Shown: positions 49,760-63,660, counted from the first letter of the whole stretch. The stretch: 63,981 bases of DNA, filler included, from Octopus bimaculoides (GCF_001194135.2; 6 parts of 5 records of this genome joined end to end with filler, not necessarily neighbours in it), one strand, 5' to 3'. Notes: generated by a model from the sequence alone, not told the origin. Numbers and translations: made by a program.

Positions 49760-51074
49760 CATACATACATACATACATATGTTAGAATTATCAAAATAAC
49801 GTCCACCTGCGGTCTTTTCCGCAAGGCTGGTCAGGAAGAGTAGAGAGTTTGGAGATAATTCTGATGAGGAAACTCGCCGTTCTCAGTCAAATTCTCACTA
49901 CACAACAGCCAAAGTAAAGACCAGAAATAGCTGCAACAATATTAGTAGCGCAGAAATGAGAATAGTAACAGAACAATAGCAACCGCCACAAAAAAATAGC
50001 AGAAAAATGAGTCGAGTAATTAAGTAAACATCAACAGGTAATCCATCACCATCACCCATAAAAATGCTGGGGAGAAAGAAATTCATAGCCATAGTTACCG
50101 GTTCACTTGCAACAAAACTACTGTACTACCACCAATAGAGCTCATATCGCCACACAACTAATAAGAAATGATAGCTGCACCAACAACAACACAGTTTACA
50201 GCAATGCAGGTAGGGATGGCATTGCAAAAACATTTGATTTATGACCATGGGACAAAAACATTAATTAGAGCCACCCGTCAGTGGACTTGGAGCAAGAAAG
50301 ATTGCAGTCACGGTACAACAAAAATCTTAGAGCAAAGAGTAATGTATAGGTTTATATCACTGAAGAATATACAACAGCGTGTTTTCTGAGAACAAGATGA
50401 ATTGAGCTTGAAATTACCTGGGAAGGTATAGACTATTGTTAGACATTCCAGCAAATACTTTTGCATACGAAAAAATTTTCATTCAAAGATTCTGGTCCAA
50501 AAGATTGTACTAGTGAGGAATTAACATTGATACTAAGTTTTGTAGAATGAGGAGTTTACTGGGTAAAATTTTTGAACATACCACAAGAATAATACTTCTG
50601 GCAGGCGGTGCTGCTTGCACTTTGATAGAGATATAAAGACCGGAAAGAAAAGTTTGGTTGGGATATGTGGGGCCACTTGATTCAGGTGAAACGTTAGACT
50701 TTGCAAGGTTCCTCAGTCTAATAGAGATAGCATGAGGGCAGCAACTGCAGGTAGAATTATTAAACATCTCAGATGTCGGAACACCGATCGCCTGGAAAAA
50801 ATTCTACCCTCATCAACAGGAAGTGACAGATGGAAGAATGTATCCACATCTGACAACATCAAATCAATATGGACTACAAAGCAGTAATAAATGCAGTACC
50901 GTTAGCACCAGCAACAGTAAGTGCATTGTGCAACCACAACAATAGCGATTAGAGCACGAAATGGAAGGGAAGAATCACCTATAGAAACAACACCAACAAA
51001 CTTCAGAAGATGTTGTATGGCTTTGTAATAAAGTGATGCAACAAAAGACAAAATTATCTTCTTCAAAACAGCAA

Positions 51075-51200
51075 AACAGCTGGCAGACTCATTAGCTACG
51101 TTCTGAGTTCAAATTCCGTCGAGCGAATTTACCTTTCACCCTTTCGTTCGATACTGATAGAGAATTGAGAGCTTGGTTGGATCAATTTTTCTAGTCGAAA
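51075..51200 (+). mobile_element. Old family-A-like SINE fragment
   Basis: TACGTTCTGAGTTCAAATTCCGTCGAG..CCTTTCACCCTTTCG. Confidence 0.6.
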
Positions 51201-51902
51201 TCGGGTGATTTCTACCAACGAGCTATCACCTCTCCACGACCACCGATGTCATTCCAGGGAGAGGCAAAGGCCGATACAGATTGTCACCGGTGACATCGCA
51301 ACTCATTTCTACAACTGAGTGAAATGGAGCAACGTGAAATAAAGAGTTCTGTGAGCCCGATGCTCTAACAACAGAGTCATGCGCCTTCACTGCAAATCTT
51401 ATCTCCAATTATACAATGTAAACACGGTACGTTGCTCCATCGAATCAAATATCTGAGAGAAGATACTGTCGAGTTCGCAAGATATTCTAAGCTGTATTTC
51501 TTGCGAAATTTCGACTCGTGGTTCCTAGGTATTTACTTAGCTATGTGGGGTGAAGCATCACAAAGAGCTGCTGAAATTCCCCCTTATCTCTTCGGCGAAT
51601 CTACATTAGGAAATTCTTGAATTTGGACCTGAGTATGAAGAATAGGTATAAACTTCTGTTCTACGCATTATATTGGTTTTCTATTGAATCTATATAGTCT
51701 TGTATTCTCGGAAGTGTAGAATACTATATAAATATTTTATAAATTGTCTGATACCAAACAACTAACTGTCCATTTGTTACAGATATGTGTGTGCGCGCGC
51801 GCACATGCGTATTTGTGTATATGCATGTATATGTATANNNNNNNNNNNNNNNNNNNNNNNNNNNNNNNNNNNNNNNNNNNNNNNNNNNNNNNNNNNNNNN
51901 AT

Positions 51903-51942
<40 letters not shown>

Positions 51943-52140
51943 ACGTGTGGACGATCGGTTAGTTAAATTGTTTGTGACGTTTCAAATTTACTGCAGTTAC
52001 CGTGGAGAAATGCGTAAATGCAGCGTCTGCAACTCGAACAGGGAGAAGGAGTGCACATATATGATGTTTTTCCTCATGTTAACATAAGAGGGATATATAT
52101 ATATATATATATATATATGTTTACATACATATATAGATAG

Positions 52141-52172
<32 letters not shown>

Positions 52173-53423
52173 GGAGAGAGATAATCCATATATATAATGT
52201 ATGTATGTATCTATGTATATGTATGTATTTATGTATATATATATGTATGCATCTATGTATCCCACCGAATTTCACTCACGTGATGTTAGTCATCACTAAA
52301 GAATAATGTGGTTGAGAAACGAACATCCTTACCACTGTCTGCTATCAATGTTAACACACCTCCTATTCACTCTCTCTACACAACACAATCACGCCTAGTG
52401 GCAAGACTCTCATCTGCTATTTTTTATTAATTTTTTTAGTCCTTGAAATGTAGCACTGTGAAAATCGAAGCGTCAATCTTGGACAAGCAGACAGCATTTC
52501 ATATTTCATTTTGAATTTCATTATCATAGATGCCTGATTTTCATTCGCTTCAATTGCTAACTCCTAAAGAAGACTTCTTACTGTCTTTGAAATCCTATTG
52601 TTCGTTGTACAATGCACGTCAATCCTTTAACAATATGTATTTATTTTAAGTGACCGAAGTCTCCCTGTTCATGTTGTTTTGAGGAAATTACATACCCAAT
52701 GTCATTCTATTCTGGCGTTTCTTTCTCTTTCTTTCTCCATTTCAATTCAGTCCCTGTTATTTCCATCTGTCTCGTATCTTGTCATCCAACGCCTAAGGCA
52801 TCGCATTATAATGCGTTCTAATAATCTCGGTGATAGTCATTTTTAGTTTCGCCTTTATATTTTTTCTTACATCGTCGATATTTCAGCTACGTAATGTGTT
52901 TCTTTCACTATAATATTTAATCTATGCACATATTTCTATTAGAATCATTATGTAAATGTTTTTTTTAATTATTATCACGTAAGTTAATATCACGACAATT
53001 TTGCTTTTTATGCAGGTGCGACAGGTTTTCGTGGAATTGTGCTATGCCGTTGTTCATTAGTGTTTTCGCGAGAACAGAACGAATTCTTTTACTCTTGACT
53101 GTTAACAACAACTCCTAAAGATATTTTACGATTTTACCATATATCTCGTTATTTTTCGATCTACTAGAAAGAACAACCAAATGTATTTCAGATTACACCA
53201 GCTTCTAGAAAAGAAAAAAAACAAAAGAGATAATGTGGTTCTGGACAGCCTTAAAGTGATGGGATGTTCTCTGGATTACCTTTCTTCATATGTCTGCTTA
53301 ATCCAAGAGAATTCCTGTTTCAGCTCTTGGTTTACACTGAGAAATATCAACCAATAATCCTTTGAATGTATGCATATATATTATGTATGTGTATGTATGC
53401 ATGCATGTATATATATATGTATA

Positions 53424-53474
<51 letters not shown>

Positions 53475-53575
53475 TNNNNNNNNNNNNNNNNNNNNNNNNN
53501 NNNNNNNNNNNNNNNNNNNTTAATTAATTAANNNNNNNNNNNNNNNNNNNNNNNNNNNNNNNNNNNNNNNNNNNN

Positions 53576-53618
<43 letters not shown>

Positions 53619-54676
53619 CAATCACACACACACAAATACACAGACACACACACACATACTGACATGTATATAAATGTATAGATATACTAATACGCATGTG
53701 GATACATACATATAAACGTATATATACATCTACATACGTGCATATATACATGCATATGTATGTATGTACGTATGTATGTATGTATGTATGTATATATGTA
53801 TGTACGTATGTACGTACGTACGTATGTATGTATGTATGTATGTATGTATGTATGTATGTATGTNNNNNNNNNNCGTATGTATGTATGTATGTATTGGGAG
53901 AAAGAGAGAGGAAAAGATATAGAGTGTATGATAACGGAGTAAGAGGAAAGGGTAAGGAGAAAGATGAAGAATGGCGAAGAATTTCCAAGAGTTAAAACAG
54001 CCCACATTTGCTGGCCATGTTAACCTTTCCGCTCATTTAATCACCTCATTGATGGGGGTAGGTGTGGATGAGGTATATGGAAGATCACCGACAAATTTGG
54101 GGAAAGATAACTTAAACAAAAAACAGAGAAATAATAAATTAAATAAATGAAGGAATAAATAATGAAAGAAAGTCGGAAATTAAAAAAAATGTATGAAGAG
54201 AGGTGGGAGGATAAAAATTATTCCTTATTTCCCTGTCTTCTATTCGCATTAAATAACATTAATTAATTGGTTAGTTATTATCAATTCTTTCAGAAAAATA
54301 TAAACGTCACCCACGACTGTCACATCGACGAAAATACTCTAAGAACGTCTGCGTGGTTGTTCATTCTACAAGAAATAGCAGTCAAATCTCCCTCAAAGAC
54401 AAACAAGTTGGATTGCTTACGTCTTGAAAAAAGAAGAGATGGTCACAACTGGAATGGTCTTTTTCATAAATCTATGAGAAAAGGTTGTCGAGGAGTTAGA
54501 TAATAACATCACTAAGGTAGCCACACCGTCGTTATTCGATCTGCTGCAAATAATAGCCAAATCTCCTTCAAAATATAGACCACCATCTTAAAAACTGACA
54601 CGCTAGGTAATGTTGTCCACTGCTTGAAATAAAGAGAATAAGATGCTCATTCATTATGGGGTTACATGATCAGGGT

Positions 54677-55047
54677 GGAGGCGCAATGGCCCAGTGATTA
54701 GGGCAGCGGACTCGCGGTCATAGGATCGCGGTTTCGATTCCCAGACCGGGCGTTGTGAGTGTTTATTGAACGAAAACACGGCAGGGGTGGGCAGGGGGTG
54801 GCGGCGAACTCTGCTGTACTCTTTCACCACAATTTTCTCTCACTCTTTCTTCCTGTTTCTGTTGTACCTGTATTTCAAAGGGCCAGCCTTGTCACACTCT
54901 GTGTCACGCTGAATCTCCCCCGTCAACTACGTTAAGGGTACACGTGTCGGTGGAATGCTCAGCCACTTGCACGTTAATTTCACGAGCAAGCTGTTCCGTT
55001 GATCGGATCAACTGGAATCCTAGTCGTCGTAACCGACGGAGGGCCAC
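54677..55047 (+). mobile_element. tRNA-derived SINE, family D, near full length
   Basis: tRNA-like head GGAGGCGCAATGGCCCAGTGATTAGGGCAGCGGACTCGCGG..GGTTTCGATTCCC with A and B boxes; GC-rich body ending CGTAACCGACGGAGGGCC. Confidence 0.85.
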
Positions 55048-55079
55048 GATAGGATCAGGACTGACCTTGGGCCAAACAA

Positions 55080-55570
55080 CAGCAGCAACGACTACTTCTA
55101 CTTGAAAGTTCCATTACCACTCATACCGCTGCTACCACTAACATTTTAACCATTATTACCACGCACCATCCACCAACAACACCATCACCTCCAAATACAA
55201 CATTAGAATGATCGCCATAACTACTAACCACCCTCTATCCCACGCTACCATCACCTCCGCACCACCCTTACTTCTTGTACCACCAACACCACCACCACCA
55301 CCACCACCACTACATCCATTTCCACCCTTATCGTTATTGCTGCCACCTTCAGATCGATTTCCACCTCACCACATCACATCAGTCACCGCCTCCACAAACC
55401 ACCATCACCGTCATCACCACCGCTACCATGGTCCCCACCAATAACCATGATCACCACCACCATCATCTTTACCACCGCCTCCATCATAGCCACCAACATC
55501 ACCACCCACCTTCCAAAGACTTCTACCGCCACTTTCATGATCACTATTTCTACTAACTACCACTACCTCC
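55080..55570. repeat. (ACC/ATC)-rich low-complexity tract
   Basis: Direct inspection; explains poly-H and poly-P ORFs. Confidence 0.85.
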
Positions 55571-55849
55571 ATTTCTATCATCCCACTTTCTGTCCATGAG
55601 GGTTATTTTGTGAAATAACAATAAAAAACCCATTACATTTATTTATTAATAGTTTATTTATTTGTTTTCATTAAATTAACTACTTCTTTCCCCACCCATC
55701 CGCTTCACCACATCTAGTTCTGAGTGTTTTAATTCCGACCGTATTTTCAACTCTGAACAAATATCTCAGTCAATTCACTCCTATATCTAGCAGGTCGAAC
55801 CATCACATTGTAGTTTTTACCTTCGGCCACATTTATCCTCTTTTACCCT

Positions 55850-56000
55850 TTTATTCGGTCCAGTAACTGTACCCCATGCTGGAGCACCGACTTGAAGGGT
55901 TTAGTTGAACAAATCTCCGAGCTGGTAAGTCACGGCGACGTGAAGAAATCAATACCTGTTGACAAACGGAGAGATGAGCACAAACACATACACAAGTGCG
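55850..56000 (-). mobile_element. Degenerate SINE family B, 3' part
   Basis: CCATGCTGGAGCACCGACTTGAAGGGTTTAG. Confidence 0.6.
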
Positions 56001-56064
56001 TGCGCACATTGACAAACACACGAGCATGTGCGTGCGTAACATACATACATTTATACCTACATAC

Positions 56065-56105
<41 letters not shown>

Positions 56106-56257
56106 NNNNNNNNNNNNNNNNNNNNNNNNNNNNNNNNNNNNNNNNNNNNNNNNNNNNNNNNNNNNNNNNNNNNNNNNNNNNNNNNNNNNNNNNNNNNNNN
56201 NNNNNNNNTAAACAACAAACAGGTGTATTAGTTTAACGCTCGGGAAGGTGAGAAAGT

Positions 56258-56293
56258 ATTTTACGTTTCGAGCCTACGCTCTTTAATAGAAAG
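56258..56293 (-). ncRNA. Hammerhead-shaped relic of a second family (probably inactive)
   Basis: CTTT CTATTAA A GAGC GTAG GCTC GAAA C GTA AAAT: stem II, GAAAC-GUA and 3-bp stem I present; CUGANGA core has three substitutions. Confidence 0.45.
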
Positions 56294-56371
56294 GAACACG
56301 AGGAAATAAACAGAGAGAGAATGAAAAAAACTTTTGGAGCTAGCGGTCAATCATGGCGGCTGGCTGGACAA

Positions 56372-56428
<57 letters not shown>

Positions 56429-56439
56429 GCACTCACACA

Positions 56440-56570
56440 TAACAGGTTTCCTCAGCTTCTATCAACCATATAGACTCAAAAGTCACTGGTTGACCTGGAG
56501 TTATATAGTAGAAGACACTTGCCCCTGGTGCTGCCTTGTGGGACTGAACCATAAACCGATTGCGAAGCGA
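56440..56570 (-). mobile_element. Degenerate SINE family B, 5' half
   Basis: ATAGTAGAAGACACTTGCCCCTGGTGC..GTGGGACTGAACC. Confidence 0.75.
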
Positions 56571-58726
56571 CTGCTTTTTATATAATTTTTGTCGTTATTG
56601 TTGAATTGTTCTTTTGTTACTTTTTCTTGCTGTTTTGCTTTTTTTGTTGTTTTTGTTGTTCTCCACATAATTTCTACGTATTCTATTCTTCCCCCGTATT
56701 TCCCACAATCCGTACAACATCACCTCGCTTCATCTTATATCTGCACCGAGTTATTTACGACATTCTCGTACCAAACGTTCGGCAGCAACACATTTTAAAT
56801 CATGGAGAGTCTGTAACTTTGTCGTTCTTTAACAATGATACACTCTAATGCCCGGAAATGAGCCTCACAAAATGCTCAGCCGGACATGGTACGTTTGTAG
56901 TTAGTTAAGATTATGCTAATTAAGTAGATTTTTTACTGAATTTGATATTTGTTTTTATTTGCTGGATCTGGAGGAAGCTGCATTATCCATGCACTTCTCA
57001 GTCCTCCCTGGACCTGAGAGATTGATGTCATTGTTGTTCCTCCCGAACCTTTGTAAGTCAATGCTAGCAGGATAGACATGAGCAGGAAAGGAATGTCAGA
57101 AAGTCGTTCTTGAAAAGAAGTACAGGGAAGAGAGACTCGTGTAGGTTCTTATGAATTGGTTACAATAAGGGTAATGAGAGAAACGGAAGAAGAGAATGCT
57201 TGCGTAGAGGCAGCATTACTCTAGCCAGCTCTGAAGAGCAGAGGACCTTAGAGCAACAGTAAAAAGACAAAGACAGAAGGATAGTTAGTGATTTTTGCCT
57301 TTCCTTTTTAAATAATTTGACTTACTTTTGACTTTGAACATTGGTTTCTGGTTTTTGGACCACAAATGATATAAAATATTGTAGACAAAAACAGCTAAAC
57401 AAATGAAGAACTTGATGGAGTTTATTTCTAGAGCGTATTCTTGGGATCGTTGCATCGGGCTTTAAATGTGATTTTTCTTATCTATATCCATCATTTCAGT
57501 ATTTCTAAAGATTGTGTGTAGCATTTTTCTGTCATTGCTAAGCTTTCCCAGAATTTTCAAAATATCTGTTGAGTTTTTCTAGTCTCCCACATAAGAGGAG
57601 TAGTTCGCTGCCGAACGTATACTTCTTAATGCTTACAAGTCTCTCTCGTACCACTCACTCATTTCCGTTGTTGCGCTAACACGACGCCAACCGGAAGCCC
57701 AGTCTGAATACTCAGTTTTGTCATCTGAATGGAACAAGGAGAATCTTTAAAGCGTTTGGCAAAATATTTTGTGGGTTTTTTTTTAACGGCTATTTACGTT
57801 CTGAATTCAAATACTGCCGAGGATAACTTCGCTTTTCAGCAGCTAAAACTTCCTCGAATTACACCCTGTGGTCTTGGAACAGTAAATATTGAATAACATA
57901 GCTCTTAGATCCCTGCAAATTAAAAAAAGAAATCAGATGAATGCGATTAGAAGGACTTTGACCACAGTGCTGACCTGCACTTAAAGCACAAAAGCGACTA
58001 CCTTCACCTCTACTATAACTACCTCGATTACTTCTTTAACATAAACACCAAGACCAAACTGCGGATCACCCACCACCAGACACATGCCAACTCAATTACT
58101 TCTGTTGTTAAAAAGAAACATCACCACCAATCACCTTAATCAATACACAAGTAACACAGTCCCGATTACTATACTTAAGCACTATCGCTCACACACATCA
58201 ACTGCCTCCACTGATAGTAACACTCTGTAATACCATCATGTCAAGCGCTCCACTACCAACACCATACCACCACTACCACGACTAAGATTACCCCACCTTC
58301 AACCCATCGGTCTTCAGAATCTCATTATGGTCGTCAGTTAACTCAGCCGGCTTTATACATCTTTTTATTGGTATAATAGAAGATACAGCCATTATATCGG
58401 ATACCCGCAGCTATCAATCCTTCGATTACACACACACATACACACGCACACACACACGCCTCTCACACAGATACATACGCATGTGCATACATACAAGCGT
58501 ACATGCATGGATACGTGCGTACAAGCTCGCACATAAATGCATAAACAAATGCTCGCACATACACACACGCGTGCAGACACAGACTTAAGCATATAATCAT
58601 GAATTCACATATACAAACGCATACACGTATAAAATGAAAGGATTCTCCGTCGGTTTCGGTAAGGAATATTCTTATTGTTCGACCAACTAGCTGATAATAA
58701 TAATTATTATTATTCTATGAACATGT

Positions 58727-58871
58727 AGGCGCTGGCGCGGGTGTATGGTAAGAAGCTTGCTTTCCAACAGCATGGTTTCGGCACTTTGGGAAAATAGTTC
58801 TCTACTATAGCCTCGGCCCGATCAAAGCCTTCTGAGTGCATTTAGCAGACGGAAACTGAAGGAAGCCCGCC

Positions 58872-58911
<40 letters not shown>

Positions 58912-59025
58912 NNNNNNNNNNNNNNNNNNNNNNNNNNNNNNNNNNNNNNNNNNNNNNNNNNNNNNNNNNNNNNNNNNNNNNNNNNNNNNNNNNNNNNNNN
59001 NNNNNNNNNNNNNNNNNNNNNNNNN

Positions 59026-59120
<95 letters not shown>

Positions 59121-59342
59121 TTGTGTGTGTATGTAGGTATTATGTATGTACGTGTGTGTGTGTTTGTCATCCCCATTACTATTGACAACTGGTGTTGGTG
59201 TGTTTACGTCCCCTTTAACTTTGAGGTTCGGCAAAAGATACCGATAGAATAAGTACTAGGCTTAAGAAATAAGTCCTGGAGTCGAATTGTTCGATTAAAA
59301 TCCACCAAGGCGGTGTTCCAGCATGACTGAAACAAGTTAAAG
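58727..59342 (+). mobile_element. SINE family B, full length, expanded internal (TA)/(TG) with gap
   Basis: Head, core GCAGACGGAAACTGAAGGAAGCCCGCCG and tail CCGATAGAATAAGTACTAGGCTTAAGAAATAAGTCCTGG. Confidence 0.9.
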
Positions 59343-59395
59343 TGTATATATATATACGCGTGTGTGTGTATGCATGTATATATACACAAGTAAAA

Positions 59396-59437
<42 letters not shown>

Positions 59438-60126
59438 NNNNNNNNNNNNNNNNNNNNNNNNNNNNNNNNNNNNNNNNNNNNNNNNNNNNNNNNNNNNNNN
59501 NNNNNNNNNNNNNNNNNNNNNNNNNNNNNNNNNNNNNNNNNNNNNNNNNNNNNNNNNNNNNNNNNNNNNNNNNNNNNNNNNNNNNNNNNNNNNNNNNNNN
59601 NNNNNNNNNNNNNNNNNNNNNNNNNNNNNNNNNNNNNNNNNNNNNNNNNNNNNNNNNNNNNNNNNNNNNNNNNNNNNNNNNNNNNNNNNNNNNNNNNNNN
59701 NNNNNNNNNNNNNNNNNNNNNNNNNNNNNNNNNNNNNNNNNNNNNNNNNNNNNNNNNNNNNNNNNNNNNNNNNNNNNNNNNNNNNNNNNNNNNNNNNNNN
59801 NNNNNNNNNNNNNNNNNNNNNNNNNNNNNNNNNNNNNNNNNNNNNNNNNNNNNNNNNNNNNNNNNNNNNNNNNNNNNNNNNNNNNNNNNNNNNNNNNNNN
59901 NNNNNNNNNNNNNNNNNNNNNNNNNNNNNNNNNNNNNNNNNNNNNNNNNNNNNNNNNNNNNNNNNNNNNNNNNNNNNNNNNNNNNNNNNNNNNNNNNNNN
60001 NNNNNNNNNNNNNNNNNNNNNNNNNNNNNNNNNNNNNNNNNNNNNNNNNNNNNNNNNNNNNNNNNNNNNNNNNNNNNNNNNNNNNNNNNNNNNNNNNNNN
60101 NNNNNNNNNNNNNNNNNNNNNNNNNN

Positions 60127-60160
<34 letters not shown>

Positions 60161-60609
60161 ATAAACACGCGCAAAAACACAAGCACACTCATATGTTTGT
60201 GATTCGTAGATGTCTGTTTGTGTGGAGTTGGAGTAGGGAAATTGGTTTTTAGGGATTTGCGAAGCTTTTTCTTTTTTTTTTTTTTATTCACAGACGAATA
60301 AGAAAGAGAAGCACCTCCATCACACTGAACAGTCCATATCTTCTTTTCATATCATCAGGAATTGGGTCAGGAACAGCTGATTTAATTGCCAATATATTAT
60401 TAACAACGGAAAAACAAAAACAACAAAAGTACTCATTTTATACATAGGTACGTACACACTTATTGTACATAGATAATTACATAGTCATACAAGCATAGAT
60501 ATATATATCTATCTACCTTCGTACATACATGCACATTTAAACGCATATACATAAAGACATATAAATGTACACACACACACACACACACACATGCATACAC
60601 ACACGCACG

Positions 60610-60663
<54 letters not shown>

Positions 60664-61269
60664 CACGCATGGAAAATACCATAATATAACAAGACTATGT
60701 ATGAACACGAGAATTCGTCCTTGAAGGTGCCAAATGATTCGCTCTACTAAATACCAATATTGGCGATGGAAGGATGTGTACATGAATGCGTGCCTCTGTG
60801 TGTGTATGTATATATGTATGCACGTGTACGTTTGCGCGTGCGTGCTCGTGTGTGTGAGTGTAAACTGTGGAAATTGGATTAAGAGCTAAAATCTTTTATC
60901 AATTTTTTTTGTTATAAGTTGGACAGAGAGACTCGCAAGTCTAATGAGAGAATAGGAAATCGTTTATTTCTTTTATTTCATTCTATTTATTCTTTGATAT
61001 TACTATTATTATTGTGAAAATATTGTTGATAGCCTTGAGAGTCGTGTTTATTTTTTAAAATTAGTTTATAGAATATATATGTGTGCATATGTGTATGTGT
61101 CTGTGAATTAATACATGCACACGTATATGTGTACACCGAAATGAATATATNNNNNNNNNNNNNNNNNNNNNNNNNNNNNNNNNNNNNNNNNNNNTTAATT
61201 AATTAANNNNNNNNNNNNNNNNNNNNNNNNNNNNNNNNNNNNNNNNNNNNGGTTGCATTTTGGTTCTAC

Positions 61270-61640
61270 GTTGGTGGTGGTGGTGGTGGTGGTGGTGGTG
61301 GTGGTGGTTTTGGCAGCGATTGTGGTGGCGCTGTAGGCAGTGGCGGAGGCGTATGCGGCAGTACTGCTAGTGTCAGTTTGGAGATGGCAATATAGATGGG
61401 TTCGGCGTGGTGATGGTGGTGGTAGTGGTGGGGCTAGTGCTTCTTATGGTGGTGTTGATGGAAGTGACGGTGGGATGACCCTGAGGAGGTTCATAGGTTA
61501 GCGCTAAGGTCACTGATGGCAGTGGTAGAGATGGTGGTGGTAATGGGGAGAGTGAATGTTGTGTTGAATGGTGGTGACAGCGATGGTGATGGGGGAATGT
61601 TGATAAGGAGGGTGGTTGAAGAGATGGCACGCGGTACATG
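61270..61640. repeat. (GGT)-rich low-complexity tract
   Basis: Direct inspection. Confidence 0.85.
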
Positions 61641-63480
61641 AAATACTAGCAACCCAATTGAATGAGTGTGTCCAGAAAGGTACAGTCCCCGCGTGGATGG
61701 TGACTGGGAGGACAGCACTTATAATGAAAGATACAAGAAAGGGGAATACTGTGGGAATCTACCGTCCCATAGCATACCTAAATATAATCTAGAAGATACT
61801 CACTGGAATATGTGCGGCAAAGACATATACTTTCCTGGCACAGGAAGAAATACTACCAAGGAAGCAAAAAGGATGTAGGAAGAGTTCTCAGGGTACCAAG
61901 GATCACCTGGTCATCGATAAAGCAGTTTTGAGGCATTGTAAAAAAACATCATACAAACATGTCTATCGCTTGGATTGACTTTAAGAAGGCATATGATATG
62001 GTGCCTCATTCTTGGATCGTTGATTGTCTGCAGATGTTTGGTGTTGCTGACAATAACACAAATTTTCTGATGCATTGCATGAAAGAGTAGAAAGCCAAAT
62101 TGTTCTCAAGTAATGTATTCCTTGGAGAAGTTAATATTAAAAGGGGAATCTTCCAAGGTGACTCGTTTTCTCCGTTCCTTTTTGTAATTGCACTAATACC
62201 TATAACAATGAAACTTAGGGGGTTACCGATGTGGGAAGAAAGGCCCATCATTGGACCATCTTCTGTTTATAACCTGAAATTGTTTGGGAAATCTTAAAAA
62301 CAGATAGATTCCTCAACCAAAATAGTCCAGAAGTGTGGTAGAGACATCGGTATGGAATTTGGGATTACCAAATGCTCAGTAATTAATATGAAAAGAGGGA
62401 AGAAGCATCCTGCAGAGGTTTGCGGTTACCAACAGGAGAGACTGTGGATAAACCCGACGGTAGTGGGTATAGATATTTAGGGATTTTGGAGCTGGATGAC
62501 ATTCTACACAGAGAAATGAAAGTTAAGGTCAGCGAGCCGTATCAAAAAAGGGTGAAGATGGTGTTGAAATCCAACCTGAATGCCAAAAATGTGATCGCCG
62601 CAATGAATATCTGGGTAGTTGCAGTTGTCGGATATAATGCGTCCATCCTCAAATGGACTAAGGAAGAAATATTAACACTGGACGATAGAAGGACGAGAAA
62701 GTTGATGAAACTGCATGGGGCGCTACACCCTTTGATTGGAATACACAGGACCTTACGGATAATACAAGCGTCGTGGGCATGGATTGAGCGAGGTGATTTG
62801 AAGCGTACTACGGAAAGCCTGATCATTGCTGCACAAGACCAGGCTCTCGCTACAAATTCAGTGAAGTATAACATCTATAAAATTTCTAACACCCAAAAAT
62901 ACAGACTCTGTGGAAAGAGTGTGGAAAATATGACCCACTTGGTAAGTGGACATGAGAGCCTTGCACAAAAAGAATACAAGTGCCACCACGATAAAGTGTG
63001 TGTGTATCTTCATTGGCTTTATGTCATAAATGCCAATATGAAGTAACAGTAAACTGGTATGAAAAAGTACCGAGAAAAGTTATGCAGGAAGATGGAAAAG
63101 TAACGATACTCTGGAACTATGGTTTTCAGACGGATCGTATAATCGAACACCGTCGCCCGGATATTGCCATATTGAATAAGAGAGACAAATACTGTCAGAT
63201 CATTGATGTAGCCATACCAAACGACATGAATGTTGTGAGTAAAGAGGTTGACAAATTCAACAAGTACTCCGAATTGACAGTGGAAATGGCAAGACTGTAT
63301 AGGATGCGAGAGGGTAATGTAAAGGTTATACCAGTGATACAACTGGAAATCCCGTGCAAGATTGATGTCTTACAGAAAGCAGCCTTATTGGGCACAGGGC
63401 ACATCTTAAGGAAAGAATTATCTAGTTGAGGTCCTTGTTGTGACTTGACAGATGTCTAAAGACTCCGGTCCAGTTTTACG
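61640..63480 (+). pseudogene. R4/Dong-like LINE: RT, CCHC knuckle and RLE endonuclease, 5'-truncated
   Basis: GTKDHLVID; AWIDFKKAYDMVPHSW; RGIFQGDSFSPFLF; YRYLGILE; ESLIIAAQDQAL; RRPDIAILNK; IIDVAIP; LQKAALLGTGHILRK; stops and frameshifts. Confidence 0.92.
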
Positions 63481-63523
63481 AAGGAATACTGATTAAAACA
63501 ACAACAACAATAATAATAATAAT

Positions 63524-63635
63524 AGGCGCAAGAGTAGCTGTGTGGTAATTAGCTTGCTCACCAACCACATAGTCCCGGGTTCAGTCCCACTGCGTCAAAT
63601 GACTGAAACAAGTAAAAGAGAGTAAATGAGAGTAA
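63524..63635 (+). mobile_element. Internally deleted SINE family B (head fused to tail)
   Basis: GGGTTCAGTCCCACTGCGT joined directly to CAAATGACTGAAACAAGTAAAAG at 63595/63596. Confidence 0.85.
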
Positions 63636-63660
63636 AATAATAGTAATAATAATAATAATA

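Noticed and set aside
49852-49896. CTGATGAGGAAACTC motif
   Set aside because: The GAAA is a hairpin loop, not the post-stem-II core; geometry is incompatible.
53016-53100. Acceptor followed by GATGFRG, resembling a Rossmann GATGFLG motif
   Set aside because: The similarity ends after seven residues and the frame stops soon after.
54677-54750. tRNA gene-like sequence (also 46379-46452)
   Set aside because: No complete cloverleaf; continues into a SINE body or (AAT)n tail, so these are SINE heads.
23422-61250. Five identical TTAATTAATTAA 12-mers, each between two 44-N runs
   Set aside because: Exactly 44+12+44 = 100 bp each time; a scaffolding marker, not biology. Adjacency across these joins is uncertain.
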